A stretch of DNA of 64,000 bases. Source: Microthyrium microscopicum. Lineage: Eukaryota. Position numbers and translations under genes: made by a program. Below the pieces are notes generated by a model. The model saw only the letters and a program-made list of their open reading frames with translations, made no database searches and had not been told where the DNA came from. Shown piece by piece: positions 11,526-23,612 of this stretch (the stretch's first letter is position 1; the number at the start of each line of letters is the position of its first letter). The DNA lies in NCBI GenBank assembly GCA_010405405.1, contig MU004234.1, forward strand, positions 1,763,275 through 1,827,274. The letters run 5' to 3'.

Positions 11526-13838
11526 ATGGCCGAACATCAATCCTATCCGTCACCTGGTGAGGGAGTATCTCGTCCTGAGCCTGGTCCTTTCTACGGGTCT
11601 GCCTCTGGACCAGCCGATACCTCTCAGGATGTGCCACAACTAGAACTCACCGATGCGGACAAGAACCAACACCAAGAACTTTTGGCGGGGTTAGAAGACC
11701 ACATCAATCCCAATCTCCACCATAGCGGCGTTCAAGAAGGCAACCTTCTTGTCCAACACCATCCAGCTCAACACATTGCGCGCGAAGTGATGAACCTGGA
11801 CCATAACGAACATGTGGCTCAGTATGCTACTATGAGTATGGACCATGCATCTGAATCCGATGGCCCAATGGGAATGGCAAAGCCACGGTCGAAGGTCTCG
11901 CGTGCTTGCGATGAATGTCGGCGGAAAAAGGTAAATTCGATCTATACTCTAATGTTTGTACAAGCTAATCCTGGTTTATAGATAAGATGCGATGCCACTG
12001 CTGACAACGACGCAGCGGCATGTACTGCATGTAAAAAAGCCAGTATGATTTGCCAGTTTTCTCGGACGCCTCAGAAGCGCGGTCCGTCAAAAGGGTTCGT
12101 ACACGGCGTTTGATAGTCACGACCTTTCTAATTTTGTTATAGGTATATCAAAGAGCTTGCTGATCGTGTATCATCGCTTGAAGGTGCCCTTAAATATGGT
12201 GGCACCGACTCCTTGTCGGGAACCCAAGAAGACAGCACATTCATCATTGAAAATGCTTTCAGTGCCATCAACGCCACAAACAAGCGAACACATAGCATGT
12301 CGGAAGGCGTCAGCGATCACTATTCAGCTTCGGGACGGACTGGATTCCAACCCTTGGAAAATCCTAACCTCCACTTGGATGAGGGTCTCGCCAGTCTCTA
12401 CTATCAGTCTATCCACCCATATCTTCCTTTCCTCCCACCAACAGTCCAATCTTTGCGCGATTTAGTCAACAGCGTCCAACAATCTTCTCGGAATGCTCTT
12501 GTTGCGGCCATGGAAGCTACCCTGCGCTCCGTTCAGTATAATGGCATCGTCGATAATTCTGGACCTACGCCAGCCAAGGCTGATGAGTTGTTGCGGCTGT
12601 CAATCTACAATGATCAAATTGGCCTTGCCCACTTGCAAGCACTGTTGTTCCTCGCTGTGGATGCTTCCAATCGTGGTGGTCAAATCTTAGAAGGTGGTCA
12701 TGGACCTCGACCTCGGAACTTTCTAGCTCAGGCGTTTGAGGAAGCTCGAACTCTTGATTTATTCAATAACGTTGTCATTCAGCGCACGGACGAAGGGTCT
12801 TTGGCCCTTCCTCGATCCATCGCAGTCTGTATTAGCGTGCTTGATGCTTTCACATACGTTGCCAATCGAAAACCTGGTGCTAAGCCCACACTTGGAGTAC
12901 CGCCTACAACGCTGCCTGGCGATAAAGGACGAATCGAAAACAGATTGTATTGGCTTGGCCGTTAGTACTTCGAGCTCCATTTGCTTGACTTACCCCTTGA
13001 CTAACATATCATAGGTCTTGCTGCTCGACTTTCCGACCTTCTTGCCATAGAAATCGGTGATCGGGTTATTGGCTCCACAGAAGATAGTCGATTTCTCAAT
13101 TCGAGAGTTTCGGCGGATTCGGATAATCACAAAAATCTGATGGTGATGAAACATGGCTTCATTCTACTCCTGGAAGAGTTCAAAGAGGTTTCTGGGATGG
13201 ACAAAGATGCATTTCTGAGCATGGCATTTTGGTATGTCTGGGGTCATGTCGAACTCCACTTCTGGCCAGTGATGGAAGCCAAAAACCTTTTCTACCCTCT
13301 GCGTCGGATAATCGATCTCCTTAGCTCCCAGCAACAATCTGTAGTGACGCCATTCACTCACCATTTCACCGGCTTCACCGCTCATGTACTCACCCAACTC
13401 TGCGACTTTTCCGATACTCGAGACACCGCGTCCAATCTTCTCGACTCCCTAGAGAGTACTCTGTCTCAACTGATCCCCCAGTCAGATACAATATCCTACG
13501 ATGCTGTCATTCGCGACGCCGTCTCCCGGAAGCGAGCTTCTTTACCCACCAACTCTAACACGGCCGCCAGCCCGATTTTGGGTCTGGAACACCTCGCAAA
13601 CGCTGCTGTGAATAGCACCTCTAGTGCAACTTCTGGTGCACAAGCCGAGACGAATGGCACTACAGAGTCCAAGGAGCCCGCTCGTCCCACGCCTCCCATC
13701 AATGATAGTGGCATTGCTGCGGCAGCAGAGGCAGCGGCAAAGGCAGCTCAATTACATATGGGCAGCGCAAATAAGCTCAAGCCATTTGACCCAGAGCAGA
13801 TCAGTCAAGAAGGATATCTCTGGGCATTGCTGGGCTAG
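11526..13838 (+). CDS. Zn(II)2Cys6 (GAL4-type) transcription factor, Rgt1-like family, 4 exons
   Basis: SRACDECRRKK|IRCDA...CTACKKASMICQFSRTPQKRGPSKG|YIKELADRV across introns at about 11931-11981 and 12095-12142. Middle region YYQSIHPYLPFLP. Third intron at about 12961-13014. TAG at 13836-13838. Confidence 0.9.
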
Positions 13839-14761
13839 AAGTCTAGCTTGTTCACTGGTTATCCTAGTCCTGCTCCTACTCCAGCAATCCACGAACCTCT
13901 GATCACCGATTTTTCTGCCCGCAATTCACAAACTGGTCCCAAAGCTCATCGTGTGTTATACGATCAGAGCGACATTAGCGTGACTAGCTATGTTGACGCG
14001 CTGAAAAGTGCCGCCAGCATGACGCCTCCCAATGCCTCTGGTCGACTCAGCAATTCTGCCACTGCTCATGCGCTGGCTAATCATCTAGACATTGGCCATC
14101 GAGACTCTTTGCAAGAAATCATTCCCCAAACCAACATGAACTATCATCTCAGTCCCCCCACCCACCCATCCTCCCATCCTTCCCCCAATACATCCTATCC
14201 CCAAACCCCCGAGATCATCGTCACAAACGATTCGAACAAACACTTGGAGTCTTCTAGCAATCACAATATGGAGCAACCAATTGGCGAACACACGTCCTGG
14301 GATCCACATAACATTGATCCCAACTTGCTCGTTCCCGACGGATTTCTATCCACTGAAAATCAGGATCGGATGGTGGAGGATTACTTCAAGTAGAGTTAAT
14401 CTGGAGGTATACATTGGCGGTGGGGATGGTGCGGTACACTTGTTTGAGTATTGCGTTGGTTGAGCCTACATACTTGTATAATAGAGCATTCAAAGTTGAG
14501 TACAGGCGTCGATACCCATGAATTTACAATAGTTTCAGAGTGATTGTCACATTGATATTGGTGAGATGGCATTTTTGTCACGAGCTGTGATCTTGGTACA
14601 TTCTTTTGATTGCAGTACTAGAGTAGATTTCCCGTGCCGTAGACCTCTTTCGTGGTGAATCTTGAGGAGTCCCTCTTGCCACAGGTGAAGTAGAACGCCA
14701 TTATTATTATATGATGCTGCATATTAACATTAAAGTGAGATATGATAGCCGACAGATAAAA

Positions 14762-16349
14762 CTATGAGTGGCTCAATCCGATGCGTTCCCATGTACCTTC
14801 GAAATCAGAGCAAAACTGGACAAACTCGTCACTCTGTATACTCGCAATGATAGCATCCTCAACCAACCGATGCCGTTCCTCGTCTGATAGAGCTGCATAG
14901 CCTGCCAAATTGGCAATGACACTAGGCTGGGCAGCAAGCTGCGCAATTAGCGCATTCGATGGTAGCGGCGGATGAGACATGGACAGATTCCGGCTGGCTG
15001 CGGTGGTGGTGGGTGAGGACGTCCTTGCTACAATCGTGGGCGATGTTGTTCTGGCAGTTGATATGCTTGTCACGTCTGGCATTGGACTCGTGGGATTGGG
15101 ATTTGTGGTGGGCAAATCTGCTGCTTGGCTTGAATGGCGTAGTGGAGATGGGTTTTGAACACTGAAGTCTGACGAGTGAGAGACTGCGGTGACCGGCCGG
15201 GCGGCGGGATGTGATGAAGATGGGCGCGATGATGAAGTCTTGAAGGGCAGCTCTTGTAAAGGCGGAAGGATTGTGCTGTTAGTTTTGTAAGGTTGGATAA
15301 ACTTGGCATTCTCATAGTTAGGAACGGTTGCGGGAACTCCCGAGAGACTTGAGTTGGATGCCGCGAAGGAGGATGGATGGTAGTCCTGCGGAGATGCTGT
15401 TTGTTTGTGTATGGTAGTAGTATCTGTAGGGCTGGAGTTCTCTGGTGCTTCTTGGATTGTAGTCAAAGTCGCTGAACTTGTCATTGGCCGTGCTGATGTA
15501 TATGAATGCATGGCATTTACTGAAGTAGAACGGATCTCAGAGAGCGGTTCTCGAATGGCCGAGGGCTCATGACTTGTTTGTGCGCGCAAACCGGATATGC
15601 CTGGGGCAGGCGAGCTCTGTGGCATTCCTTGAGCAATGGAAGGCACGACTAGCATATTGCTGTTGGCCTTTGATTTGCTTCTACTGTTGACCTTTCGTGG
15701 CACTGAAGCCTTACGGATAGGTGTGCGCGCCATGTTCACAGCATTGGGAGTAGTCGATGGTCTAGGCCCAGAATTGGGCCGAGAAGTCATGTTTGCGCTG
15801 TCTATGAGAGAGATACCTTGCATTTTCATCCAGTCCAGAGCCTGATTATAGTGATGGGCCTCCGCAAAGCGCATTTGTATACGATGGACCTCGTTGTTGT
15901 GGGTCGTATGGCGGAGTGCAATAGTCAAGCTTGTGGATCGATATAGGCCTCCAATAGGTAATTGCTCATGGCGAAGTTCGATACGGAGGTTTCGGGCTAG
16001 ATCTACTGCAGCGTTGCTCTCTTTGATTTTGTCAGATACTGGGATAGAGTCCTAGCAAGGTATTGTTAGGTCTCTCGAAGCGATCAACGGACATGCAAGA
16101 CAATAAAAGAGCCGCACAGCGGACTTCGCAAAGAAAAGGTAGACACAAGAGAAAAGACACGGAACAACAGCTACATCAGTATCATACCAGCATGTTTACT
16201 CCTTGGAACACAGAGAGAATGGAGTAATCAGTGACATGTTGGGCAGTAATGTTGCAATTCAAGTCGTCAGTTGCGTGAAGCCATGAGAAAGTGGTGACAG
16301 CTTCGGGATCGGTAGCCTGAGAAAAGCGAACAAGCGGAAAGGAGGACAT
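14762..16349 (-). CDS. REC114: Rec114/Rec7-like meiotic double-strand-break protein, 2 exons
   Basis: Exon 1 MSSFPLVRFSQAT...FSWLH (16349-16188), intron 16187-16052, then exon 2 with HRIQMRF..AHHYNQALDWMKMQG (PH-like region), a long S/P/T disordered linker and a C-terminal LVEDAIIASIQSDEFVQFCSDFEGTWERIG helix. This is the Rec114 layout; assigned by motif recognition only. Confidence 0.65.
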
Positions 16350-17086
16350 GGCAGTCAAAATCAAAGATGCAGGGCGAGGTGTCTCTAGAGTCTAGACTGG
16401 ATTATGGGAGCATTCAAAGGTTGGTGTTGTATTGAAGTTATCTAGTAATTTCAAAAGTCAAGGAGCCTCAGTGATCTGGGGGAGACCGCCGTCTCGTGCT
16501 GCTGAATCAGGCAAGGTCGACCTTGTACATGGCAAGAGCAAAGAGTGTGCTGTATACCTACCGGTACAGATGTGGAAGGAGCGACTCTGCATTTGCGGAA
16601 GGTGCAACCCACCAAGCCCACCAGGTACATACGCCGAGATAGAGTAATACCTGCTAGACGTCTACCAAGCATTGATGTTACCTCCGAGCCAGCTGCAATT
16701 GTCAACAACATTTGAAGCTTGAGTCTAGGAAACCATCTCTTGGTTTGTAGATGAGGAGGTTGGACTTGTGGAGTTGTTGTAAGAAAGAAAAAGAGGCTTG
16801 AGATTTCCTTGTGGCGCAGTGTCTCACCAGCCACCAATGCCAAGACCTGGACCCTTGCTAGAGCATCTGCCATCCATGGATCTGTCGCGGTTCTTGCAAT
16901 TGAAACTCGCGATCGTCTGAACTTCATCCATTAACCTCTCTTCAATCGCATCACCCAACAAACCACTTCATCCCACACTCCACCTCATAATCATTATCCA
17001 CCCATCGCCAAGCATTCCTCGCTCGTTTTTGTCTGGGTCGCGTCTGCCAGCGCAAAGACCTGCGCGTCTAACTGGCCCTAGCATTC

Positions 17087-20000
17087 ATGGCTCCCCGCGA
17101 GGATGAAGTTGCGGAAAATGGCAGCAACGATGAATCGGATAAATTTCTAGAAGAACTTGCCGCTTTTCATGAAAAGAGAGGGTATGGTTTTACCCGTTTG
17201 CGCGCCATCGCGATTAATCCCCTGCTAACCTGACCCAGCACCCTCTTCGAACCTCGCCCCAAAGTTGGTCCTCGATACATTGATTTACTTAAGCTCTACA
17301 AGCGAGTCGTCGAAGAAGGAGGCTATGATAAGGTTTCTGACACACGGGGAAACAAACTAGCCTGGCGCCGGATATCTGCAGACTTTTTGCCTAGCAACTC
17401 CCACATTGTGCAGTTGGCTTTTCAGGTCAAGACAGTCTATTACAAATTTCTCTCGTAAGTTGCATACCCTCATCAAAGGAAGCTCTTCTCACCAGCTCAG
17501 CGCCTACGAAATCACCCATATTCACAAAAAAGAGCCTCCACCGAAAGAGATATTGGAAGACCTCACTGCCAAAGGCGGCGACCTTCTCAATCGCACCTTA
17601 GAGAACTATCATAGACGAGCGCTCCCTGAAGTCGAGAAATTAGCCAACGGCATCGAAACCGAATCAGACGGAGATGAGCACGATACACCAAAAGCTGACA
17701 AGATGGATGTTGATCCACCAAGCACTGGTGGGCGCGTTACACGAGGTAAGGCAAGCGCAACTGCACCAACGTCTTTACTGACGCCAAAAGCTGGCCTGCG
17801 ACAAGCTCCTCCTCAGCGAGTGTTGTTCGGTCAAGACGGCGATGGATCTCGACAATCGCGTAGCGGAGGCGTAGACTCTCCTACACCTGGCAACGGTATA
17901 AATGGTACTTATAGCTCAAGCGCTGCTTCTGCCACGATTGCAAACTATGATCCTCGACCCATTGCGCCGTCACTCGTTAAGCCCGTAGCGACTCCTGCAA
18001 ATAGCTCCATTCATTTCCGAGAACTTTCAAAACGACACAAAGCGACGTTGCGCCGCAACAAGGGCATTTCATTTGCGAAAGGCATGATGTTCCCTGGAAC
18101 CGGCTTCACTGGACCAAATATTTACATGAGATGTGTTCGGGCTCTGGAAAGTGGAATACAAGACGAAGTCAAGTATGCTCTTCATCATCTGGTGAAAATA
18201 TCATTCGAGCGAGGCGACAAATTTCTATTCTCGCAATTCACAAATCTGGCGGATGAGTTGATTCATGCTGTTTGTAACGTTAGCACAGCGTGGTACGAGC
18301 ATCCAGGATGGGAATATTCATGGACATTTGCTGCATCCAACCAACCGCATGTACTGATGGAATTATCAGGAACAAGCAATCTCATTGAAAAGATTCAAAG
18401 CTTCCCTGCTGTAGACATCAGTTCTGTTCATCCGGATACCTTCAACAACATCGTCAACAATGCATCCCAGGCTTGTTTGGTCATACGCAATATGGTCGTT
18501 CTGGAAGATAATGCGCGATACTTATCGGAGATGCCAGTGATTCGAGACATGATGACAATTATCTTCCAATTGCCTCGAAGAGCCGAAACCGTGGAGGTCA
18601 AATATTACGCCTTGGAAATTGCTGAGCTTCTTACCAAATACTGGGTTCTCGATGGAAACGACGATTTCTACCTATCACTACTCGACATGGTTGATCAAAA
18701 TTCAACAGATCGAGGGATGATCATCACAGGCCTTCGAACCCTCAGCCGCATTTCAATGCTTCTTGAAGCCCCGAACAGATTGGAAAACGCTCCGATTGGA
18801 CTCATCACGAAAGTTTATCATTGGCTGCTTGTGGAGGATGAAGAATTACGTACTGCGTGTCTCGATCTACTCTACCAGTACACTGCCATTACCGAAAACG
18901 TTAATCACCTTGTCAAAGCTATGGATACAGAGTCTATGGTTGATACTCTTATGACTTTCGTCATGTCTGGAGCTATTCGCATAGGAATAAATTCGGAAAC
19001 AGCAAAAGAGCCTGAGGTGGAACATATACCGGTGTCATCAGCTCCCGCCGACGAACTACCGAAGCTTGCCCCCAGCGTAATACAAAAGCTTTGCCAGATC
19101 TCTGATCCAAAGGATCAGAGCTCTTCTTGGTAAGTTTGATAGACTGGAACTTACAGAATCAACACTAATGCTAAGTAGGCTTCGAACATGCTTTGTGGAA
19201 GACCCCAACGGCGAGATCACCCAGCTTGCCTTGTGGTCCGCTTACAATGAGGCATTCTCCAACGCGCCCAGTGACAACGTACTCATGGTGGCAAAGGATT
19301 TCATCACGAACGTTACTAATGTCTTCCCTAAGGCCGTTGCGAGAGTCGTTCCGCATGAACAGGACCGCAATAGATCGAAATATACTATGAAAGGAATATC
19401 GCCTCGAGCCGTTCCTATTGATCTGCGGGAACGCGCACTTGCGAGATGTCGCTGGCGTCTACCTGTTCGACAATCAACTGAGAATGCTAACCAGATGCAA
19501 ATATCTGGCGGGCTACACAAAGATTGCGACATCTGGTTTTCGCCAACCAATCCTGAAGAAATGTGGACCCACATCGTCGAGAAACATCTAGAAATTCCCA
19601 GAGATCCCGACAATCCACGAAGATTTAAAGACGGCCTAGTCAAAGGTACTGGCCGCAAGTTCGCCTGTCTCTGGACTGGGTGCACTCGCTTTCCGTCTCC
19701 AGGAATCGAGGACGCGCATAAAGTCAGTATGCATGTCAAGGTTCATCTGCCTGACACCGACACTACTGGCGGCGCGATCCGAAAACACTCAAAAGCTATT
19801 CACAAAAGCGACCATTCTGGTTCCATTCCTCGATATTATCGTAACACGCCAGTCGATGAGCAAGGGAACCCGGTGGGTCTTTCTCTTTCTGCGCTATTGG
19901 TTCTGCGCAACCTTGCACGCCAGATGCTCAAGATTGAGAGCAATGATATGCGAGGTCGCCAGAATTTGATAGAGCGACATTTCGCTTTACATCAACAAAA

Positions 20001-20127
20001 GATCGCAGATGTGGTTACGTTCAACTGGAGCCTGCGGCATTACACTCCGGAATTCATGCAGTATGTCAGCAAAGGCATGGAAATGGCGCATAAGCTGCCT
20101 CGTCTTTCAAATGGATCTAATGAATGA
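17087..20127 (+). CDS. RSC9: RSC chromatin-remodelling complex subunit Rsc9 (ARID, ARM-like, RFX-like winged helix, C2H2-like)
   Basis: ARID region (FHEKRG..., IDLLKLYKRVVEEGGYDKVSD...KLAWRRI), GPNIYMRCVRALESGI..EVKYALHHLVKISFERGDKF, WLRTCFVEDPNGEITQLALWSAY and LSALLVLRNLAR. Several GT-AG introns. Confidence 0.92.
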
Positions 20128-20653
20128 TCTTGGATGTTCTTGGGCTCGACTGTACAATTATGACTGTTTTGGCATAAATTATTATACTAGTATTAGACGG
20201 GCGGCTGCCATGCGTACGAGGCAACAGATGGTGGTTGAAACTTGTATTTGTAGGCAGCAGGACATGACCAGCCTTATGATACCTATTCGTCTGCTTCATG
20301 CGGAAGTTCAATTCAAAAAGATGCATTGCACAATTATCTTCTTATTTAAGTCTGTGTAAATCTAGTACGCGAAATGCATCGTGTATCGAAATGTTGGGTG
20401 GCGGTTGACAACTCGAGACAGGCGCGCGCTGGATCTAAAGCCCTCGCGGTTACAGCGCAGCCTGCTTAAAGCTCAACACCAAATGCATCACCAACATCAT
20501 ATAACCATCCGATGAAACACTTCTTGCGTCCCTGACCCAAGCTTCCGGACCATTTGCACGGCACCCCTCCGGTACCGACCACGCAACATCCTCCTTGATC
20601 ATGGCCAAACTGGCCACTCAATTCCCTCCATTTCATACTCGGTAGCGTTCATC

Positions 20654-21951
20654 ATGGGGTATCGTGCTCTCGCGGTCGCGATTCTTGCTATCTCCTTCTT
20701 CACATTTGTCGCCTTCTTTGGTAGACTACCTGGACTACGGCGAACTCCCATAGGACTCTTACATCGCGTAATATGGGTCTATATCCCCAACGGCCTCAGA
20801 GGCGTGGATAAGTCCATTTCAGGCGGCCGAATATCGAGGTCATTTCAGCGCGGATATCAGAAGCTTCTGTTCGAGAAACATCCCATTGTTCTAGTAAAAC
20901 CACCTTCCTTTCAGCTTATGCACTGTACTCACAATACTAGATATTCTTCCTCTCCTTGATAACCGCCTGCGCAGGCCTCTTCCTCCCCGCCGCCTGGCAA
21001 TATCTTCCCATCTACCACAAACTCGGAATCGTCGTCCTCCTCCCTCTTCCCTACATCTTCACCCGCCTCTGTAACATAACCAACGCATCTTCTCCGCACA
21101 TAGTCAACCACACCAACGTCATCAACAACCTCACCCAATACCCCTACGACTACAAACTCTTCCACCCCAACAACATCTGCCGCACCTGCGACCTCCCCAA
21201 ACCCGCCCGCAGCAAACACTGCTCACTGTGCCGTGCCTGCGTCGCCCGTGCCGACCATCATTGCATATGGGTCAATAATTGCCTTGGCCGCGGCAACTAC
21301 AAATACTTTCTCAGCCTGCTCCTCAGCACCTCCATCTTGCTCGCCTATGGCGCCTACCTTGCGTACGTGACTCTCAAGCCCCAGGTTGCCGAAAACATCC
21401 GCCAATACCCTGAATGGCATGTCCTCGAATATGCGAACCGCACAGATTACACAGGCCGCATGCTGTGTTTTGGCGAGTGGGTGCTTGATGTCCTCGCAAC
21501 CGCCTTTATGTTGGGCGGTGTTTCACTAGGCGGCGTCGGATTCTTAGCTTTCCTGACAGCGCCATTACCGGCTGGTCTACTCTCGTATCACGTCTACCTC
21601 ATTTGGGCAGGCATGACGACCAACGAGAGCGGCAAATGGGGGGATTGGAAGGAAGATATGGCGGACGGACTCTGCTTCATAACCGATTTTGACACCAGAG
21701 ACAGCTGGTCGTATCCTAGCTTAGACAATAACCATTACCACCCTGATGTCTGGAAGGCAGGCGGTTGGCCAAAACGAAGCGGCCAGTTCCTCGTCCTGAC
21801 GGGAGATGGTCAGCATCCGCGCAATCTGCAACAATCAATCAAAGATGTTGTAGGTGATGCGGAGTGGCGGCGGGTGTGGAATTTGAAGGAGGTGGAAAAT
21901 GTGTACGATTTGGGATGGTGGGAGAACGCGAAGGATTTGCTTACGAATTGA
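20654..21951 (+). CDS. SWF1: DHHC palmitoyltransferase Swf1
   Basis: FFTFVAFFGRLPGLRRTPIG N-terminus, YPYD..LFHP..CRTC..KPARSKHCSLC..CVARADHHCIWVNNCLG, GMTTNES and NVYDLGWWEN. Intron at about 20894-20940. Confidence 0.92.
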
Positions 21952-22346
21952 TGAGGTTCGATGGAGTATTGTTGGATATGCATTGCATTGCTTGGATGTC
22001 TTGCTGGGCTTCTGGGCTTATAGAATAATCCTATCAGTTTGTTTACTTCGAGTTCGGGTTCAGCCTAGTCCTGGCTGCTGTTTCGTGCGCCATGGAAACA
22101 ACTTTCTTCAGAAACACAGCACCAAACACTGAGCAGAAGTAGTACTAGGCTTGAACTTTTCTTGCATCAGAATATCTTTTTCCAACGCTCCAAACATAAA
22201 GTTGATTAGGAAGCGTGCTGAGTAACACGATGATCACGAATACGCGGTTCCAGTCCCCGCAACACCTATAAAAGCTGCCTGCGGTGCTGAAGGAGAAACT
22301 CTTCACTGACACCAAGCTATTTAGGTTTGTTTCTGATTCTCAAATC

Positions 22347-23308
22347 ATGGCTGGACCACCACTTCAAGAGTAAGTGAATTCAATCCGAATATCTCTTACG
22401 ATGATTGGGTTCATAAGACAAGTGCTTAAGACTAAACCGTCGTCATACAGTCTCGCTGCTCTAGCAAACCACTTCCTCACCGAAGGACCGACCAAATTTC
22501 TAGATATTGGCCCTCGACGCATCAGGGTTCTATTCAATGGTGTTTACATAGTCGACACTACTGCCGCAAAGCAAGTTTGGGAACATCACCGGTATCCACA
22601 GTTCTACGTCCCGCTGGCCGATGTGAAGCAGAGCAATATCTCCACCATCAAAACATTTGCTGCAAAAGACGGACAAAATGGGGCATCGATTTTAAAGATC
22701 GAAGTCAATGGGTCAAACGGCAAGAAAACTACTGACCGAGCCCTTGCTTTCGGACCTGGTGCTGGACAGCTCAACGGTCTAGTACGCCTAGAATTCAGCG
22801 CAATGGGTACGTATCCCAATCCATACACCATCATAACGCTTCAAAACCTACACACCAGTAACCCTATAGCTAAACCTCGCCAGATAAATGGTTCGAAGAA
22901 GACACCCCCATCTACATCCACCCCAAAGACCCCTTCAAACGCATCGACATCCTCCCATCCACACGACCCATCCAAATCAAAATTGCCAACCACACCATCG
23001 CGTCCAGCAACTGGAGTGCGCACCTGAACGAAACTGGTCTGCCCACGCGCTTCTACTTACCACTGACGTCCGTGGATCCCAGTGTTCTGCGCCCCAGTGA
23101 TCTCAGGACGGGTTGTCCGTACAAGGGCGTTGCAGAGTATTATCATGTGGAGGTGGGTGGGAGGTTGTATGAGAATATTGTGTGGTATTATCGGACGCCG
23201 ACGCAGGAGAGTGCTGGGGTGGCGGATTTGGTGTGCTTTTATAATGAGAAGGTTGATATTTTGTTGGATGGGGAGGAGTTGGTGCGGCCGAAGACGCATT
23301 TTGGGTAG
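22347..23308 (+). CDS. DUF427 double-domain protein, 3 exons
   Basis: PRRIRVLFNGVYIVDT..A..VWEH..YPQFYVP, then after an intron WFEEDTPIYIHPKDPFKRID, ETGLPTRFYLP, TGCPYKGVAEYY and VCFYNEKVDI. Confidence 0.88.
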
Positions 23309-23612
23309 GCAGGGGGCATGTTGATACGGTTGGAGAAGTATAGCGCCTGGAGACAGTTTGTTTATGCTACGAGAAGCAGCAGTTGGAATAGGACATCAGA
23401 ATCACATGTTAGAACTGGACTGCCAGTCACTGCCCTACAAGATCATGAAGCAGCCAAAATAGGTCGGAAAAACATACGGAACACATAAAGAGAGAGATCT
23501 TCATGGATTTAGAAGTCCACAACGACTATTACACATGTTATCTTGGCCAGAAAGTACCTTTCCGGATATCGAGTGCTAAGGTAATCTTTGGATCTCAAAG
23601 CTATCGTCTCGC

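Noticed and set aside
16451..16927. 158-aa minus-strand ORF
   Set aside because: Lies in the divergent promoter region with no motif; probably spurious.
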